A stretch of DNA of 51,956 bases from the NCBI GenBank assembly GCA_043822245.1, contig JBDRBY010000055.1:1-51956 (forward strand), given 5' to 3'. The notes beneath the pieces are model-generated. The model was not told the DNA's origin. It saw only the letters and a program-made list of their open reading frames with translations, and searched no databases. Origin of the DNA: Candidatus Omnitrophota bacterium. Its GTDB lineage: Bacteria; Omnitrophota; Gorgyraeia; Tantalellales; Tantalellaceae. The stretch's first letter is position 1, and the number at the start of each line of letters is the position of its first letter. Below, one piece after another: positions 23,201 to 28,453 of the stretch. The position numbers were made by a program, and so were the translations under genes.

Positions 23201-26200
23201 TTCTTCAAATTCTTCATATTCCATTTCATAACCGCTTATTCTGCCGTTTGCCTTTTCATGAAGCGCTTTGACCATTTTTTTGCCGAATTTTGTGAGCCAC
23301 ACATTATGGATATTCACACCTGTCCTGTCCACGACACAAATAGAGGTGTCCAATTCTTCGTTTACATCGGAAAATAATGTTATTGTTTTTTTTCCTAAAC
23401 GTGCTACATCTGTTTTTAGGTTGTTTTTTAAGCAATACGCGATTATGGCTAAGTTTTGATGAAAAACCTTTAACGGTTCTTTTACCGGCCCGCCAAATTC
23501 CGCGATTTGAAAGCTTGTAAGAAATTGATCAAGTAAAATATCATCTATCTCGTCGAAATTCACAAAATACAATTCTATATCTCGTGTCTGGCTGTTATAA
23601 CCTTTGCCAAAAATTTTCTTTTTGCTTTGTTCGTCCCGCTGTGTTAAAAACGCCATTTCAGGGAACGCGATGTAAGTAACTCCAGGGGTGGTAAAAGCCG
23701 CTGTAAGTTCTGCTTCTGTGCTTTCATTGCTTACCACTCGTACCGACTTTTTAAATCTGGCGCTTTGCAAAAACCGCCTGTAAACCCCGCCCATGCCGTC
23801 ACCTTCTTTTTCGTCCCTGGCATTACGTTGAGCGAGTTCTTTGTCTTTCTCATAAGAAATAACAGGCCTGCCTGTGTTCTCATTTTCCGTTCCAAATCCT
23901 TCAAAATTAAGGGCCCTTAGAATATTACCAAAAGTCGCGCCGGAACCTTTGCCCTCACCGGTAGGGAATTGAATAATCTTTCCCTGGGAGAGTTTTATAC
24001 CCTCAAGGAGTCGCAGATCCTGAGTTTCCATTGTATAGCCTTTTTCCATGATAAGAGCCAATAAAAACATGCCTGATGCAATCTTTATAAATTCAGCGTG
24101 GGCTGTGCCTGAACGTTCGGGATAATAAATATTTTCACCGTGTTCCTTAACCAATTCTTCTACGCTTCCCAGCCCTTCTACTAACTTGTTATTTATCGCA
24201 TTGCCAAACACATTAAGTTTGCCATAAATATTGCCACCTTCATAAAAATGCTTCTGGCGCAGATGAAGACAGTTGTTTTCTATTTCTTTTGGCGTCGAGC
24301 TTATTTCACGAAGCCATTCATTTACCTGATCCTCAGCGTTCTTTTGAACCATAGCGCCTTCTTTTGTATGCGCCGCTTGTTCCTGATTCGTGTCATATTC
24401 CGAAGCCGCTTGTTTTAACCGAAATCCGTATTCAAGCCTTTCATCTATGTCTTTTTTTGTAAACCGGGATTGCAGATATTTTTCAATGTTGAACCCTCCG
24501 TTTGTAACCTGTTTGGCAAAGATCATATAGTCTTTTTCAGCTTGTTTCGCGGCTTTATCCGCGTTGTCCGCGGCAATTCGACATATAGCGTCCGCGTTTT
24601 TGTTCATCCTATCGCTTTTGTTTTTGCCCACCGCAAGATATTTCTCTTTATGTATTTCATGTCCTTCTTGCAGTGTTGTAAACTTGTTATACATTATTTT
24701 GAACTTTTCAATCGCCTTATCCGGGCTTAATTTGGCGTTCTGGCGGGCTTCTTTTTGGATGGCTTTTATGTCTTCTCTTTTTAAAGAAACAAGTTCACCT
24801 TCTAATTTATCAATTTCGATTGTTAATTTCTCATTCTGAGGCCCCTTCGGGGCCTCAGAATGACGGAGGAGTTTTTCCCTTGCAAGGTTTATTTCTGTTT
24901 CTAACTCTCTAATTTTGTCATTAAGTTCTGCCTTTAATTTATTGGCTTCTTTTTTTGAAAGATTTAAATCTGAAAATTTAACCCGCAATTCATCAGGCTT
25001 AGACTTTATTTCCCAAACCGTTTTTTGAGCTTTTTGGATGTGGTGTTCTATTTGCTGAATATTTTCTTTTTTCTTCTTTTCCAGGATTTCGTTGGCTTTT
25101 TGTTTAAAAAGGTTCGAAACTCGCACACGTGCCATCGTTAAAATCAGATTATGCATAGTACGATCTTCGAGAATCAACTCCTTTAACGCCGGAATATCCA
25201 TATTCTGTAATTCCATCAGAGAATAAGCATTTAACCCAGAAATCTCTCCATTGGTATCTTTTTGGCCATATCGTTGCAACTGTTCACTGCCGGCAATAAT
25301 ATGAGCGGCGCGAGAAATAGGAATTTTATTTTTAGCTAAAATTTTCCACTTTTTAGTTTTCCTATTATTTTTTAGTTCAGCTTCAATTGTTTTTACCCAA
25401 AAATGTTCCCGTTGTTCATGAAATATAGCTTCTTCTATTACCCGGTCATATTGATCACCCATCATGTCATTAAATTCGTTACTGTAGTTTGTTACAATGA
25501 CTAAGACTTTTTTACTGTTAATTGTGGTTTCAAACCGGTAAGAAGCGGCAACCTTGCCAAGATTCTCTTTTATTACCCTCACCTCATCTACAAAATTTCC
25601 CACAATTGACGTATCTTTCAGAATTGTAGTGAAATTAGTTCCGGCTGTTTTTTTATAAGCTTTTATTTTTTTATCTGTAAAAAAGTCGCGTACAACCTGG
25701 CCTGTTTTTTGGTCAGTGCCAATGCGTTTAAGGGAAAAGCCGTAAGAAAAAGCAGTGATGTTGTATGTCGTAAAAAGGCTAAGCGCTTTTTGAAAAAACG
25801 AGGTTAGGCGGTCTTTGAGGGTGGGGGTAAAGATTGCTTCGGGCACTTCGTGCCCTCGCAATAACACAGTGGTGTCCTCTGCCCCTCGCGATGACACGGG
25901 AGATGTGGTTAGATCCTTCGACTCGGCCATTTGGGCCTCGCCCGGTATGACGCTGGTGGTAAGTTGGGTGACGGTTAATTGGGGGGTGGTGGTTTCTTCG
26001 TCTTGAGTTAGGGTTACTTCGAACTGGCCGAAATTGCCGCATTTAAAGGTGACTTTATCTTTTTGGGTAGATACTGAAATATCTAAATTTGTTTTGAGTC
26101 GCTCAATAAACTCTTTAGCGGTGTCGTAATCACTCTGGCCCGCTTTTTTTTCTAAGAGGCTGTCCAAATATGTGTCTTTAACATTGGTATCTTTATTGCG

Positions 26201-27919
26201 CAAGATTGACGCGCCTAATATTGGCACAATCAGCTCATAGAGGCGTTCAAAAAGCTGTTCTTTTGTTATCCCCACGCCTTTAAGAATGGTTTCATCAATG
26301 GAAAGCACTGACCAAAGCGCGAGGTAGTCGCCGGATTTGACGTATTTTTCGTATTCCGCGGCTTTGTTTGTCAGGATTGTTACGTATGGTCTTTTGCCGG
26401 TTTTTGTGTTGAAACGAGGCAAAAGGATCAAATAGGACACGTTATCCGACTTTAAAATGTCTGTTATGCCTCTTGTATGAAAACCGCCTGTTACAACTGC
26501 CGCGACATCCACGTTTTCTTTTCGCATTTGTTCTATGGTGTTCTCGACCATTTTTTGGTTGCGCTCTGTGGCGGCTTTGTAGAAGGTTATGGCGTTGGGG
26601 AGGGTGTTAAAAATAACAATAGATTCCCGCCTGTGCCCGTCAGGGTACTTTCGCGGGAATGACAGAGAATCTGGGAATGACAGAGAGTATTTTTTGTGCG
26701 ACTCGTCCAGAAATTTGTAAAATAATGTTTCGCTAAATTCGCCAATGTTTGTCATCAGGTATTTAAGCTGGCCGCTGGTTAGGCGGATGTTGTATAAATC
26801 GTGAAGGATTTCGGTTTTTTTTAACAGGTCGGTAAGGGTCTTTTCTTCTTCATTTCTGTAAAGCTTCTCTCGTATTCGACATTCGTAGTTGTCGATCTCG
26901 TCCATAAGCTGGGCGATGTCGATTGATTCGTAGAGCGTTACATAGTCGCAAAATTTTTCTAGGTTTAAGTAGTGGTGAGCCAACCCTTCGGCCTTTGCCA
27001 GTATCAACAGATATGTATAAAACTGGCTCTTTGAGATTTTGCCTAACTTAAACGACAGACTCTTGAGAACAAGCTCTTCTAAGGTGTTTCTGCCCACTCT
27101 ATCGGTAAGCAAATTAAGAAGTTCGTCTCTTTCCGTGTTAACCGCGATGTAATCTATTGTTTTTTCCGCCTGAACTGCCTGTTCTAAGGCTGTGATATTT
27201 TGACAATCTTCCGTCGCTATCCCGTGTTTTAAGCCGATCACTTTGACAAAATCCCATCTTTTTGTAAAGCGTGTGCCATTGTTTCCATTTAACACGGAAT
27301 TCCGGTTAAGCAGTTTCAGATCTTCTGAAAAAACATAATCCTCTAAAGCGTATAGCGCTTCGCGTAAAGAGTTGATCTCTTTCAGATTCTCTTCTTTTTT
27401 CTCTAAAAGGCTTAAAAACGCGTAATAGTTTTTGAGATATAATTGGCTGTCATCTATACCGTATAATTTAACAGGCGTCTTAGAAAGCGCGGCAAAAAAC
27501 TCACCCGCTGAAATTTTGCCTTCACGCATAAGATAATCAGCACCGATACGCTTTGCCTCTTCATCTTCAAAGGCTGAAATTACGCTTGTGTCTATATAAC
27601 CCTCAGAGCCTTCTATGCCCACAAAACGCACGTCATAATTAACTAAAAGGTTATCTAATACGTCAACAATTGACTTTTGAGTACCGTAATTATCATGAAT
27701 ATCTTTGATATTGATTATAAGCTTTTCGCTGTCAGTTTTATTGATATACTTGGTTATCGCGATATCACTCGGGATTGAGAATTGATTTATATTGAGTTCG
27801 TGACGGGGCACTTCTTGAACAGCAGACGGACGTGCTCCAACCTCGGCAAACCCTGTCTGCTCAATACAAAAAATAAGCGCCACAATGAGCGCTATTATGC
27901 GTTTATGTGCCTTTTTCAT
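5246..27919 (-). CDS. Giant 7,557-aa membrane/exported protein: signal peptide, Tiki/TraB/ChaN/EreA-like domain, degenerate SecA ATPase, TM blocks, TPRs, coiled coils
   Basis: 22.7-kb uninterrupted ORF. Signal peptide MKKAHKRIIALIVALIFC. DIH/GIEG/YGID/RN/GGFH motifs at about 26400-27730. SecA motifs at about 21600-24030. Hydrophobic helices at about 18450-18880, 17080-17700, 11050-11260 and 6410-6720. TPRs at about 11640-12050 and 8300-9000. Confidence 0.9.
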   Translation of the reverse strand: MKKAHKRIIALIVALIFCIEQTGFAEVGARPSAVQEVPRHELNINQFSIPSDIAITKYINKTDSEKLIINIKDIHDNYGTQKSIVDVLDNLLVNYDVRFVGIEGSEGYIDTSVISAFEDEEAKRIGADYLMREGKISAGEFFAALSKTPVKLYGIDDSQLYLKNYYAFLSLLEKKEENLKEINSLREALYALEDYVFSEDLKLLNRNSVLNGNNGTRFTKRWDFVKVIGLKHGIATEDCQNITALEQAVQAEKTIDYIAVNTERDELLNLLTDRVGRNTLEELVLKSLSFKLGKISKSQFYTYLLILAKAEGLAHHYLNLEKFCDYVTLYESIDIAQLMDEIDNYECRIREKLYRNEEEKTLTDLLKKTEILHDLYNIRLTSGQLKYLMTNIGEFSETLFYKFLDESHKKYSLSFPDSLSFPRKYPDGHRRESIVIFNTLPNAITFYKAATERNQKMVENTIEQMRKENVDVAAVVTGGFHTRGITDILKSDNVSYLILLPRFNTKTGKRPYVTILTNKAAEYEKYVKSGDYLALWSVLSIDETILKGVGITKEQLFERLYELIVPILGASILRNKDTNVKDTYLDSLLEKKAGQSDYDTAKEFIERLKTNLDISVSTQKDKVTFKCGNFGQFEVTLTQDEETTTPQLTVTQLTTSVIPGEAQMAESKDLTTSPVSSRGAEDTTVLLRGHEVPEAIFTPTLKDRLTSFFQKALSLFTTYNITAFSYGFSLKRIGTDQKTGQVVRDFFTDKKIKAYKKTAGTNFTTILKDTSIVGNFVDEVRVIKENLGKVAASYRFETTINSKKVLVIVTNYSNEFNDMMGDQYDRVIEEAIFHEQREHFWVKTIEAELKNNRKTKKWKILAKNKIPISRAAHIIAGSEQLQRYGQKDTNGEISGLNAYSLMELQNMDIPALKELILEDRTMHNLILTMARVRVSNLFKQKANEILEKKKKENIQQIEHHIQKAQKTVWEIKSKPDELRVKFSDLNLSKKEANKLKAELNDKIRELETEINLAREKLLRHSEAPKGPQNEKLTIEIDKLEGELVSLKREDIKAIQKEARQNAKLSPDKAIEKFKIMYNKFTTLQEGHEIHKEKYLAVGKNKSDRMNKNADAICRIAADNADKAAKQAEKDYMIFAKQVTNGGFNIEKYLQSRFTKKDIDERLEYGFRLKQAASEYDTNQEQAAHTKEGAMVQKNAEDQVNEWLREISSTPKEIENNCLHLRQKHFYEGGNIYGKLNVFGNAINNKLVEGLGSVEELVKEHGENIYYPERSGTAHAEFIKIASGMFLLALIMEKGYTMETQDLRLLEGIKLSQGKIIQFPTGEGKGSGATFGNILRALNFEGFGTENENTGRPVISYEKDKELAQRNARDEKEGDGMGGVYRRFLQSARFKKSVRVVSNESTEAELTAAFTTPGVTYIAFPEMAFLTQRDEQSKKKIFGKGYNSQTRDIELYFVNFDEIDDILLDQFLTSFQIAEFGGPVKEPLKVFHQNLAIIAYCLKNNLKTDVARLGKKTITLFSDVNEELDTSICVVDRTGVNIHNVWLTKFGKKMVKALHEKANGRISGYEMEYEEFEEYFRRALTVEIAYVLGKDYVIADLSVSDAKEKLSEKISERGFYHRIGLISPNGPVTDQRLSELGMFIEAKHTIPRDDAEANVTINEDNEIKSWVNGVNVTDSVKAEHLAGASGTMPKALTKGEVSIIFHKNEDDLLEFPRRHERVVIELPGEFDEGIEKFCEDTAKKIKDLREKFDSPPIAIIAPKGDMAREIYHKIREALDIPDGNIDLISVNKDVPKAEKYGARPGHVLIGSNLVGRAINMSPMKIEDGIEIFDSIISFISESDNNTTATTLLDNIKKICAQLVTDPQIRERTCTKADSIEMMELKEELEETLRELVKQLAGNDNNALKTAHDERQTAETNLAKKEKALKSAIKKNELARDEDLINEIISVKVRNDLKLSIDSDTLNNAKSILKKSKVKAEIEDVIRARVWMEQLAGSGFSGSEHLKAVFEAEVNLKNARGAGKKNVDAEVKAVQKAKEKLKTFDNSLEKQPQRLLNAFQIIMTKAVNGLQESYIKMSSARRGSQTAGRAARWTDPGSITEHTLMDVDENYSLDRRNPSEEGTVSDVIDKALHNVELHLSWWEKIPTLRRITYGTMRDKICTAYNDARNEWITLKKKLRKNSLNEEERKALVLIQKKLEIFASFAYLQADKMDSEERIRRSYFARLDDKKRKEREKLNEETFKQKILYSEVIEERYIDGEIKNGTASPLLAEKIIDLIFERAIAEIKKDLKALSKQKENTTEKQKEIIMKNIKELREHLEFFEIDKQRIAFSLAKKFTAKNGNGKTALLEDLAVKNKKSFKSVLKKLNGQIKKDFAGTRIFDFEMLHWTEGKLISGLLSILNKKQAKTLAKTHNHNIPQRLYTYTKFVDKQTKKLFGNKYRDKFAEAFYEKVLKENWHDESKKTPELLKKHEAGDMLMASQSQALKEISKQGKWLKWFKKTKVGGKITRVFDKIFYYFSAKWQRVRGNHEKKESPIRSKPVEVGTVISTGILEKSVTSKQGWKHSVWEKKDTFNETPYSAESAYQPDNRATVEERKTQEQIKKAEKDALKKTESAIESDAKMSAAMSSVVTGAALAASGMSIPAPGVPVPVPVPPIPQPKGVVCSLTVYGKKPEEEDKREYFAAIDELVKKEKEILRFAQDDGGVAVIIDDFDTQSEKDEHGNITTRIIITKAKLVYERDGVIVVRYIGKKTKDDPFIEGDLWRAGYEAPEGKTVLLVGDDTTGNLDALMQDLINEAAQAKVEKKTVIAVNSAHFNAETNKVEINGIKIISVKDGFKAAKSVAFTAKRINPDIDDKELSEKLTNTSNKTNILAFNRNSRRLIANKTDNLLVMEDIGPGEFSKDFMLYAYILGKEKARVHGTFDPSMMDLTELLSGKKGQGIQNDPIFGDVFTLNDIPPDEIKIASATSRPRNDGGVQAILKIGNCAKFTENYINGKISELPVHKPLHQGNRLRFLLNRFLEPLMVWIELSPNPNTCRFVVSACVIIALFVGLPYLVGVGILGFSAFPFMTKCGIIASNFIVGAGVLLLWKKAWSKAEESKHPRFMKGVVITTAAILAVFTIFIFYKISLISAVANIFNSGWTSKASFKLLGKRLFPVMMIGSSLLGPNLINLVHPKKKAFPWLRRVLRERIDKIVEPEKERSKAISREILGFTGETAEQIRKKAADALLDSDGKDPKQVLKDYEMALRLYRHIPLEYDKKQRKKEKRVLSLNIAKTGKKIIDHKKRFGIKDKKTDSMAAFTSGKKDLRQETKEAAKEALGENQNVFKRIWFKIFAKPPTSKELDEMRIILAKFAIEDKDGQAALKYINKIFSSNPDKHKLHNEFAINAENLAESLNKKAESKWFPKIKSVLKYAWPVVLTLGYVFKRNFGTGVSAFVLNKFGSSRKAKAVAAVAQYTADITRTILTPKIFGISVFWIAAAIIALAIITKFIILPSLRVIKAKIERERFLKMAEDEKNAFLKVSLQNAGEKIRPLTMREKKGQVIGKPMAFAAGFLLFIQGAFIAAVSYTNFFLWIPGRLKVLSVLPFILNYPFFTPAFISINLVLSFAVVYFSVRAVKLYFKPPNFENDANLIQHYLDLCETEKNENKKKHLAKAEEIAAKFNTERNKKRILTIKWKDEKQWLNIQFTLLRFLKVNGASQEEINVILGSLDDEDFKIEGKSEEDQFIIVEALLAIPPDSRPDNWRDLLKNVYKKIGQAQGPVPTITSEVAITTVIPSESTEGTTTVIPSESTEVTTTVIPSESTEVTTTVIPSESTEVTTTVIPSESTEVTTTVIPEFAEGEYPGSITKKYFEWQFEQKLNTAKLQKLSKIAKELAQNKDEAQKELDNLKEAEKDLDKDTPKAITPIPLPKETSKREKSIDRKILDKKEELKKEKQNPAQLYFDLAELYKEKFKTPEDDKKNLAEFYYYKAQNALLQKTPQSRFKSFWRYLTTDPNFIASVINTIFRRPVLRYSSRVYLINETERNPLSNDDKNLLDKIHRHLIEIKLRKNTIVKHIRLGREAHLHGLIEAVEKDIENLLKDKDGLKKEMSTAIQSLNQLFDVLFMRKNYNVRAPWPRTKRRKFIGNHLDWIKKHEEIDKSLAGLKAALIGTLSMEKTTTRHRMKISGLNKIVNELTNRGKMEELDKLKETLKSLINKQLNFQLKDVDKPDARKMIIKNIIQPLLVNFFEVDLKLNRELFKHRFSFSGNVETKNCIDLIWLQWLERTIPSHLARRANETDDEYNKRVQGINKSLEGFLNDLIKDSINNKSDEIQDAVLKIVKTLISNPKVDYKVLIDGGLKYLRTQESIDPDNTFLLKLKILFEEQTLLKRLDKEIDKVEKFEMNDFKQLEELIALYSKGLYYEKIISVIERYFSDTNERAGIIKKILGDVRINTSKLLLNGLFRQELQRGQNVSAKIIINIMGKLKENIGEDETQFSFKDVLGKTREILNIETIYKEDTGIIKQIIDEIILNRCFEDIEKFANLLNNLDLSVKIRLVNVIHDFAETMLSKINAPSPTTEKDKIIKENLIISITNLLSSIAYTEDKDIVLPMSVLNLYKDHLKPLKQNRKKEAQQKLWDAKEWEYKEYLLQAAIFEAEEKGEDTIKEYEKIIELFKEEVEDPEVKVTVERLISLNNRIITAYKAIARIYANVGNTAQSELFTGKANKWIALHPQQTVVTEHGKAWEAYIKSLENTIKAKPDDPEVRKQYADALVSDYIDALQDYTKQYELKQRIEKEKKQIENRIDKLNKQKSDLEEEIKEFRIELRTSEIRIDEMRKAGSEYNTEWDELARKGKKTKSEISEKGESLNKIEANLKAQQERLKTIKKSLENQEKDTKKAEKKKNDRKKGLTPPVIPGTAEAAPIVIPETAEAASIVIPGEGEARDPGSIINNALNKYLDAIELPDESKKEGQKTLKDTKEKLIAYVYHNPDRFPELIKIINERLNRIKYTEPNRKKRYELEKRLRKLRLELAESAFGLLIITRTFLQNSNQENVTIGRVSFTAIEVFEYIQDQYKQSNKTSKLAWFLLTIYADTATPRLLRVIALSDFIDLIYEQLNLSTRKDKELPSFDKFFREVLQKVFKLPKIAEMQDAETLFRGKAVNALSIFYDWKKLPKEGKEAWKNEKHVLLTNALSVLESVYEILKARHLDRVDLSGKNTGITGITVKFELLSNIKIDSALKDVIAKIAPENKTKAEFISELLSAMKEANCDAWHKMNGKKKRLFLVSQIPAFAGMTGGAGMTVEIETYDPERHPEQELMDEADAIWQKARKTTDFKEFHRAIAKYKEAIEIAPENSTAHYKLAKAHHYLKHFDEALKEARAAIEKDPFNFESHRLIIDIHRILSDPLKLYKAYISLTEAYKKKGEKERENRDEYKALENFKKALETLEIAEDIAPHRAESYVLRAELSVSLQGVAPAVSLRGREAPEAILHNINKILTWQDYSRVRKFLSFRKKRRIPMEITDSLVLRARLIRAKIRSENQEVKKAFSDYKKAEKMKDNSKETFLGMAQGYGAKYKIASSRKAFILKILPLSGALIFLSACTGAKLAFYSGVFNIVKGYVFATLPYVVLTLIIVVPGVLIGHYLYKYIFVLPKTYKTRAYTYYNKTIEKDKTDIELYRKAVNFAKEAGDKEKAGAYAKRAIDNVKVEAIVNKTDEARTKRFLNEMSMAALNGLKEGIQKDLKWRVRDFILSPSKYIQRLRGALTKIDSAEKVAEKMFDSTEKIREQSALKSFKKKAHKRIVKLHTWFWWNISSFLRKKHRYNARLSHARVLIAQGTKIDLAIRILKDLRGKSAAPSVEKDLFEAYVAQKAYDKALEIEPNNRKIQIKKKVSDFQHYTETVPESKQEIIEDLEKALSENILSDDEKLEIHGLLILYLILYYELRDPVKTEHHKRQQNILLRKKDSVIEEYYLSSDIKKQEQARQKNCKEIFMLSRKIDKLTSEKKKKEQKIKTPKSKGMKTALEARIATIEAELAQIQIGEVTDRIPLNNIRSIHILREQVKNNPGEKDGLICFLRWVIENKKITNANDSALVKLMLAELLGPEEEFARLINDIRPVLNRLTVSEKMRFYLLDVKNTLEPVSTLDKVKVETGLLITCIQTLYQTMDSRYDTKYDNDIISLFIQAITKWKEQTKAKNTWPSEILNFLSHENLRPLLENNPAKAKELLTIILDAKFLFDESMVPLLNALLKSPKLFDDIKAHILQLLYAQIRETTLSDTNLGNVDDLVMTLKKMCKQKVFTVYAMALLNRIYRVQKKRIRAWWMLSKQTKGVMFFQQGKEYQKDQKLASAYDSFKKAEKNGYKTADFYKKFGIVTKKLAEQKSKWNMLENVEKLFLDALNYMKKAKELNPDLEKDEDFIKELISLYVSISRNTGSFAETKEKYLTFLKRRISYLEELYKLSPTSFTSNAKNREAVHICLEYLNLLFFGMKQRRQNANKWILARLIAFQAINNVETETEENTREELYRALLIDENCAIAWLGLRDLALKSGNKKEADQYYENAVKVEPNFAQKTDKIDIAKEYIERGQFSDAKAILKQVEGPESDRLLSEITEIEKKVNNTILRYANATERQDQFKEEKTVIDKQLKDLRNYKSDHAGELREGKKRQIEARIRNLEDSFENLLGPKEKHILAREYMQKEREEHAKWEKDPVRKREKERDKRNEQVQELLKTREYDLNSAVTRAKEKNKLLSLSGLTGQSNPIINFILNLAENALQKSEFLKADILITKALEFDDKNARAQKLNKTLQEKKDEIAELEKKTEGETKEAREKRIKDFRETKEKEKYEAIENNISGATPDELKDLFGYWQRNKEKFKEKLLDKTLNIKENLKPIAKKTYDTALAKELINLFFLSDGALHAMLSALLSRTKYGKDLIFIRGILPSFNEQFFKKLDQYLNGEPHAQQFFIQFNSKNSKLLKTIRDSIILMRNRNFDFIDKGYRDAIHFCQAMLGCMKKDFKTAILSSTKCLEGDYRLKAQRLLVYLYKSENEEVFAWHTFYAMHREAPYDELTQDAEKEFSGIKYDKDIRDKQLLYGLKHLVGAPFVERGIYFGLPLFLSLGMIVFVPRELSLVTFLVTITIGQIISGSIFIKRHNGSRFTASIITGLNLLLPYSLFLMKTSPQWLFVMSVIIHMAVNLYAFTRNIKVTKKFMPYGTIEKVPAKPAEPIAVVQIEGADETMLQKLSEAYPDIRFAPSVISSEDFGPSREILPQRFLIDMSPEDVRDNINGMVKYVRKAAFVEKYPYYAGLDSGSVAKLRDERLKNAIITITKEFEQETFINNTIDARIEAAFAGNYASDLLSEAENMAMAQKVEDEAVEKITELQANNLIPARQAVIYDLRDMPESVFSSMLPAVKRLATKDPNLYMCLVDPQGRLQEALDADNILNVSIPEGQEVDVIAIARELLLEKSRLRSDEFPLSAISIVTAESKTEEFIPHLRTDGKERANFVIVGQKSQESKELLNMIPAIALMGILKRYESGPEQANVVAVECSDEILRTIGALAEILLMPITRFNLSEMISREIASLIQTAVSV
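6217..6257 (-). repeat. In-frame GTCAT-tagged palindromic element (family C-like)
   Basis: + strand AGATTTCTCGACTCGGACCAAAGTCCTCGCTCGAAATGACA; translated VISSEDFGPSREI. Confidence 0.7.
7736..7764 (-). repeat. In-frame GTCAT-tagged palindromic element (family E)
   Basis: + strand AGATTGTCCGG-TCAAG-CCGGACAATGACA, perfect 9-bp stem; translated SLSGLTGQS. Confidence 0.8.
11533..11598 (-). repeat. In-frame palindromic element (family B) plus 27-bp arm duplication
   Basis: AGATTGCTTCGGGCGCTTCGCGCCCTCGCAATGACA; GCAATGACACGG at 11560 and 11587; translated VSLQGVAPAVSLRGREAPEAI. Confidence 0.85.
12094..12138 (+). repeat. In-frame palindromic element (family A, dRS3-like) plus 18-bp arm duplication
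   Basis: CTGTCATTCCCGC at 12094 and 12112; the second continues GAAAGCGGGAATCT. Translated IPAFAGMTGGAGMT. Confidence 0.85.
13154..13259 (-). repeat. In-frame palindromic element (family D) plus 33-bp tandem duplications
   Basis: AGATCCCGGG..GGGCTTCGCCC..CCCGGGATGACA; CCGGGATGACA at 13183, 13216 and 13249; translated VIPGTAEAAPIVIPETAEAASIVIPGEGEARDPGS. Confidence 0.9.
16400..16638 (-). repeat. In-frame palindromic element (family D) plus 36-bp tandem array (5 full units + partial)
   Basis: Hairpin at 16400-16439; CGGGATGACAGTGGTG at 16430, 16466, 16502, 16538, 16574 and 16610; encodes (TTVIPSESTEVT)n. Confidence 0.95.
16647..16672 (+). repeat. In-frame GTAG-tagged REP
   Basis: GTAG-GGACAGGC-CCCTGT-GCCTGTCC, perfect 8-bp stem, next to the 36-bp array; translated GQAQGPVPT. 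Confidence 0.75.
19018..19053 (+). repeat. In-frame palindromic element (family B, opposite orientation)
   Basis: CGTCATTGCGAGGCCTCGAAGTGGCCGAAGCAATCT; translated IASATSRPRND. Confidence 0.85.
19831..19857 (+). repeat. In-frame palindromic element (family C, opposite orientation)
   Basis: CGTCATCCTGAGCGAAGCGAAGGATCT; translated ILRFAQDD. Confidence 0.85.
25831..25951 (-). repeat. Cluster: family B element, 30-bp arm duplication and a family C/D-like element, all in frame
   Basis: AGATTGCTTCGGGCACTTCGTGCCCTCGCAATAACA (25831-25866); CCCTCGC at 25853 and 25883; AGATCCTTCGACTCGGCC..GGCCTCGCCCGGTATGAC (25911-25951). Confidence 0.8.
26621..26686 (-). repeat. In-frame family A element with expanded loop plus 18-bp arm duplication
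   Basis: AGATTCCCGC-[22 nt]-GCGGGAATGACAGAG; GGGAATGACAGAG at 26655 and 26673; translated SLSFPDSLSFPRKYPDGHRRES. Confidence 0.8.
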
Positions 27920-28033
27920 TACTTTTGACCCCTACGTTGACCCCACATTACTATTAAAGTATACCCTATTTTTCATCCTCAAGAGCGAGAAAAATCTACC
28001 TTTTTCATTTTTAACGTAGCCGCTTTTGTCTCT

Positions 28034-28438
28034 TCACATTATGTTAATTCCTGCTTGTCTAAATCCCTTATCAAAGGAAAATGCCATATCTATCCCTATA
28101 TCTTCCATTATGCAAAAACATGAAACATCTGTAAAACTAAATTGTTTATCACGATACTTTTGATAACATTCCCATGCCCTTTGAAAATAATCCGGAAAGA
28201 CGTTTACAATTTTAACTATTTTGCTCTCTAATATCGCCGTCCCAGCTAAAACCGATTCTCGGTGACTTCCGCGCACCATTATGGTTGTTATGGTTTCATC
28301 TACAACATAATCCGATGTATAAATTTGAATCTTGCCTCTTTTAATCTCGTTGTATAGGCGTACCGACTTTTCATTATTGATATCATTCCGTACAAAAAGC
28401 GCTACCCATCCGCTTGTGTCAACAAAAACGTTTTCCAT
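28034..28438 (-). CDS. vapC: VapC-family PIN-domain ribonuclease toxin
   Basis: VFVDTS, DYVVDET, SFTD and FSFDKGF acidic PIN motifs; 134 aa; AGGAG SD; directly downstream of a small RHH gene. Confidence 0.9.
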   Translation of the reverse strand: MENVFVDTSGWVALFVRNDINNEKSVRLYNEIKRGKIQIYTSDYVVDETITTIMVRGSHRESVLAGTAILESKIVKIVNVFPDYFQRAWECYQKYRDKQFSFTDVSCFCIMEDIGIDMAFSFDKGFRQAGINIM

Positions 28439-28453
28439 ATTTTTTTCTCCTCT

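Noticed and set aside
21600-24030. Housekeeping secA gene fused by an assembly error
   Set aside because: Motifs are too degenerate, and a second such domain occurs in the neighbouring giant.
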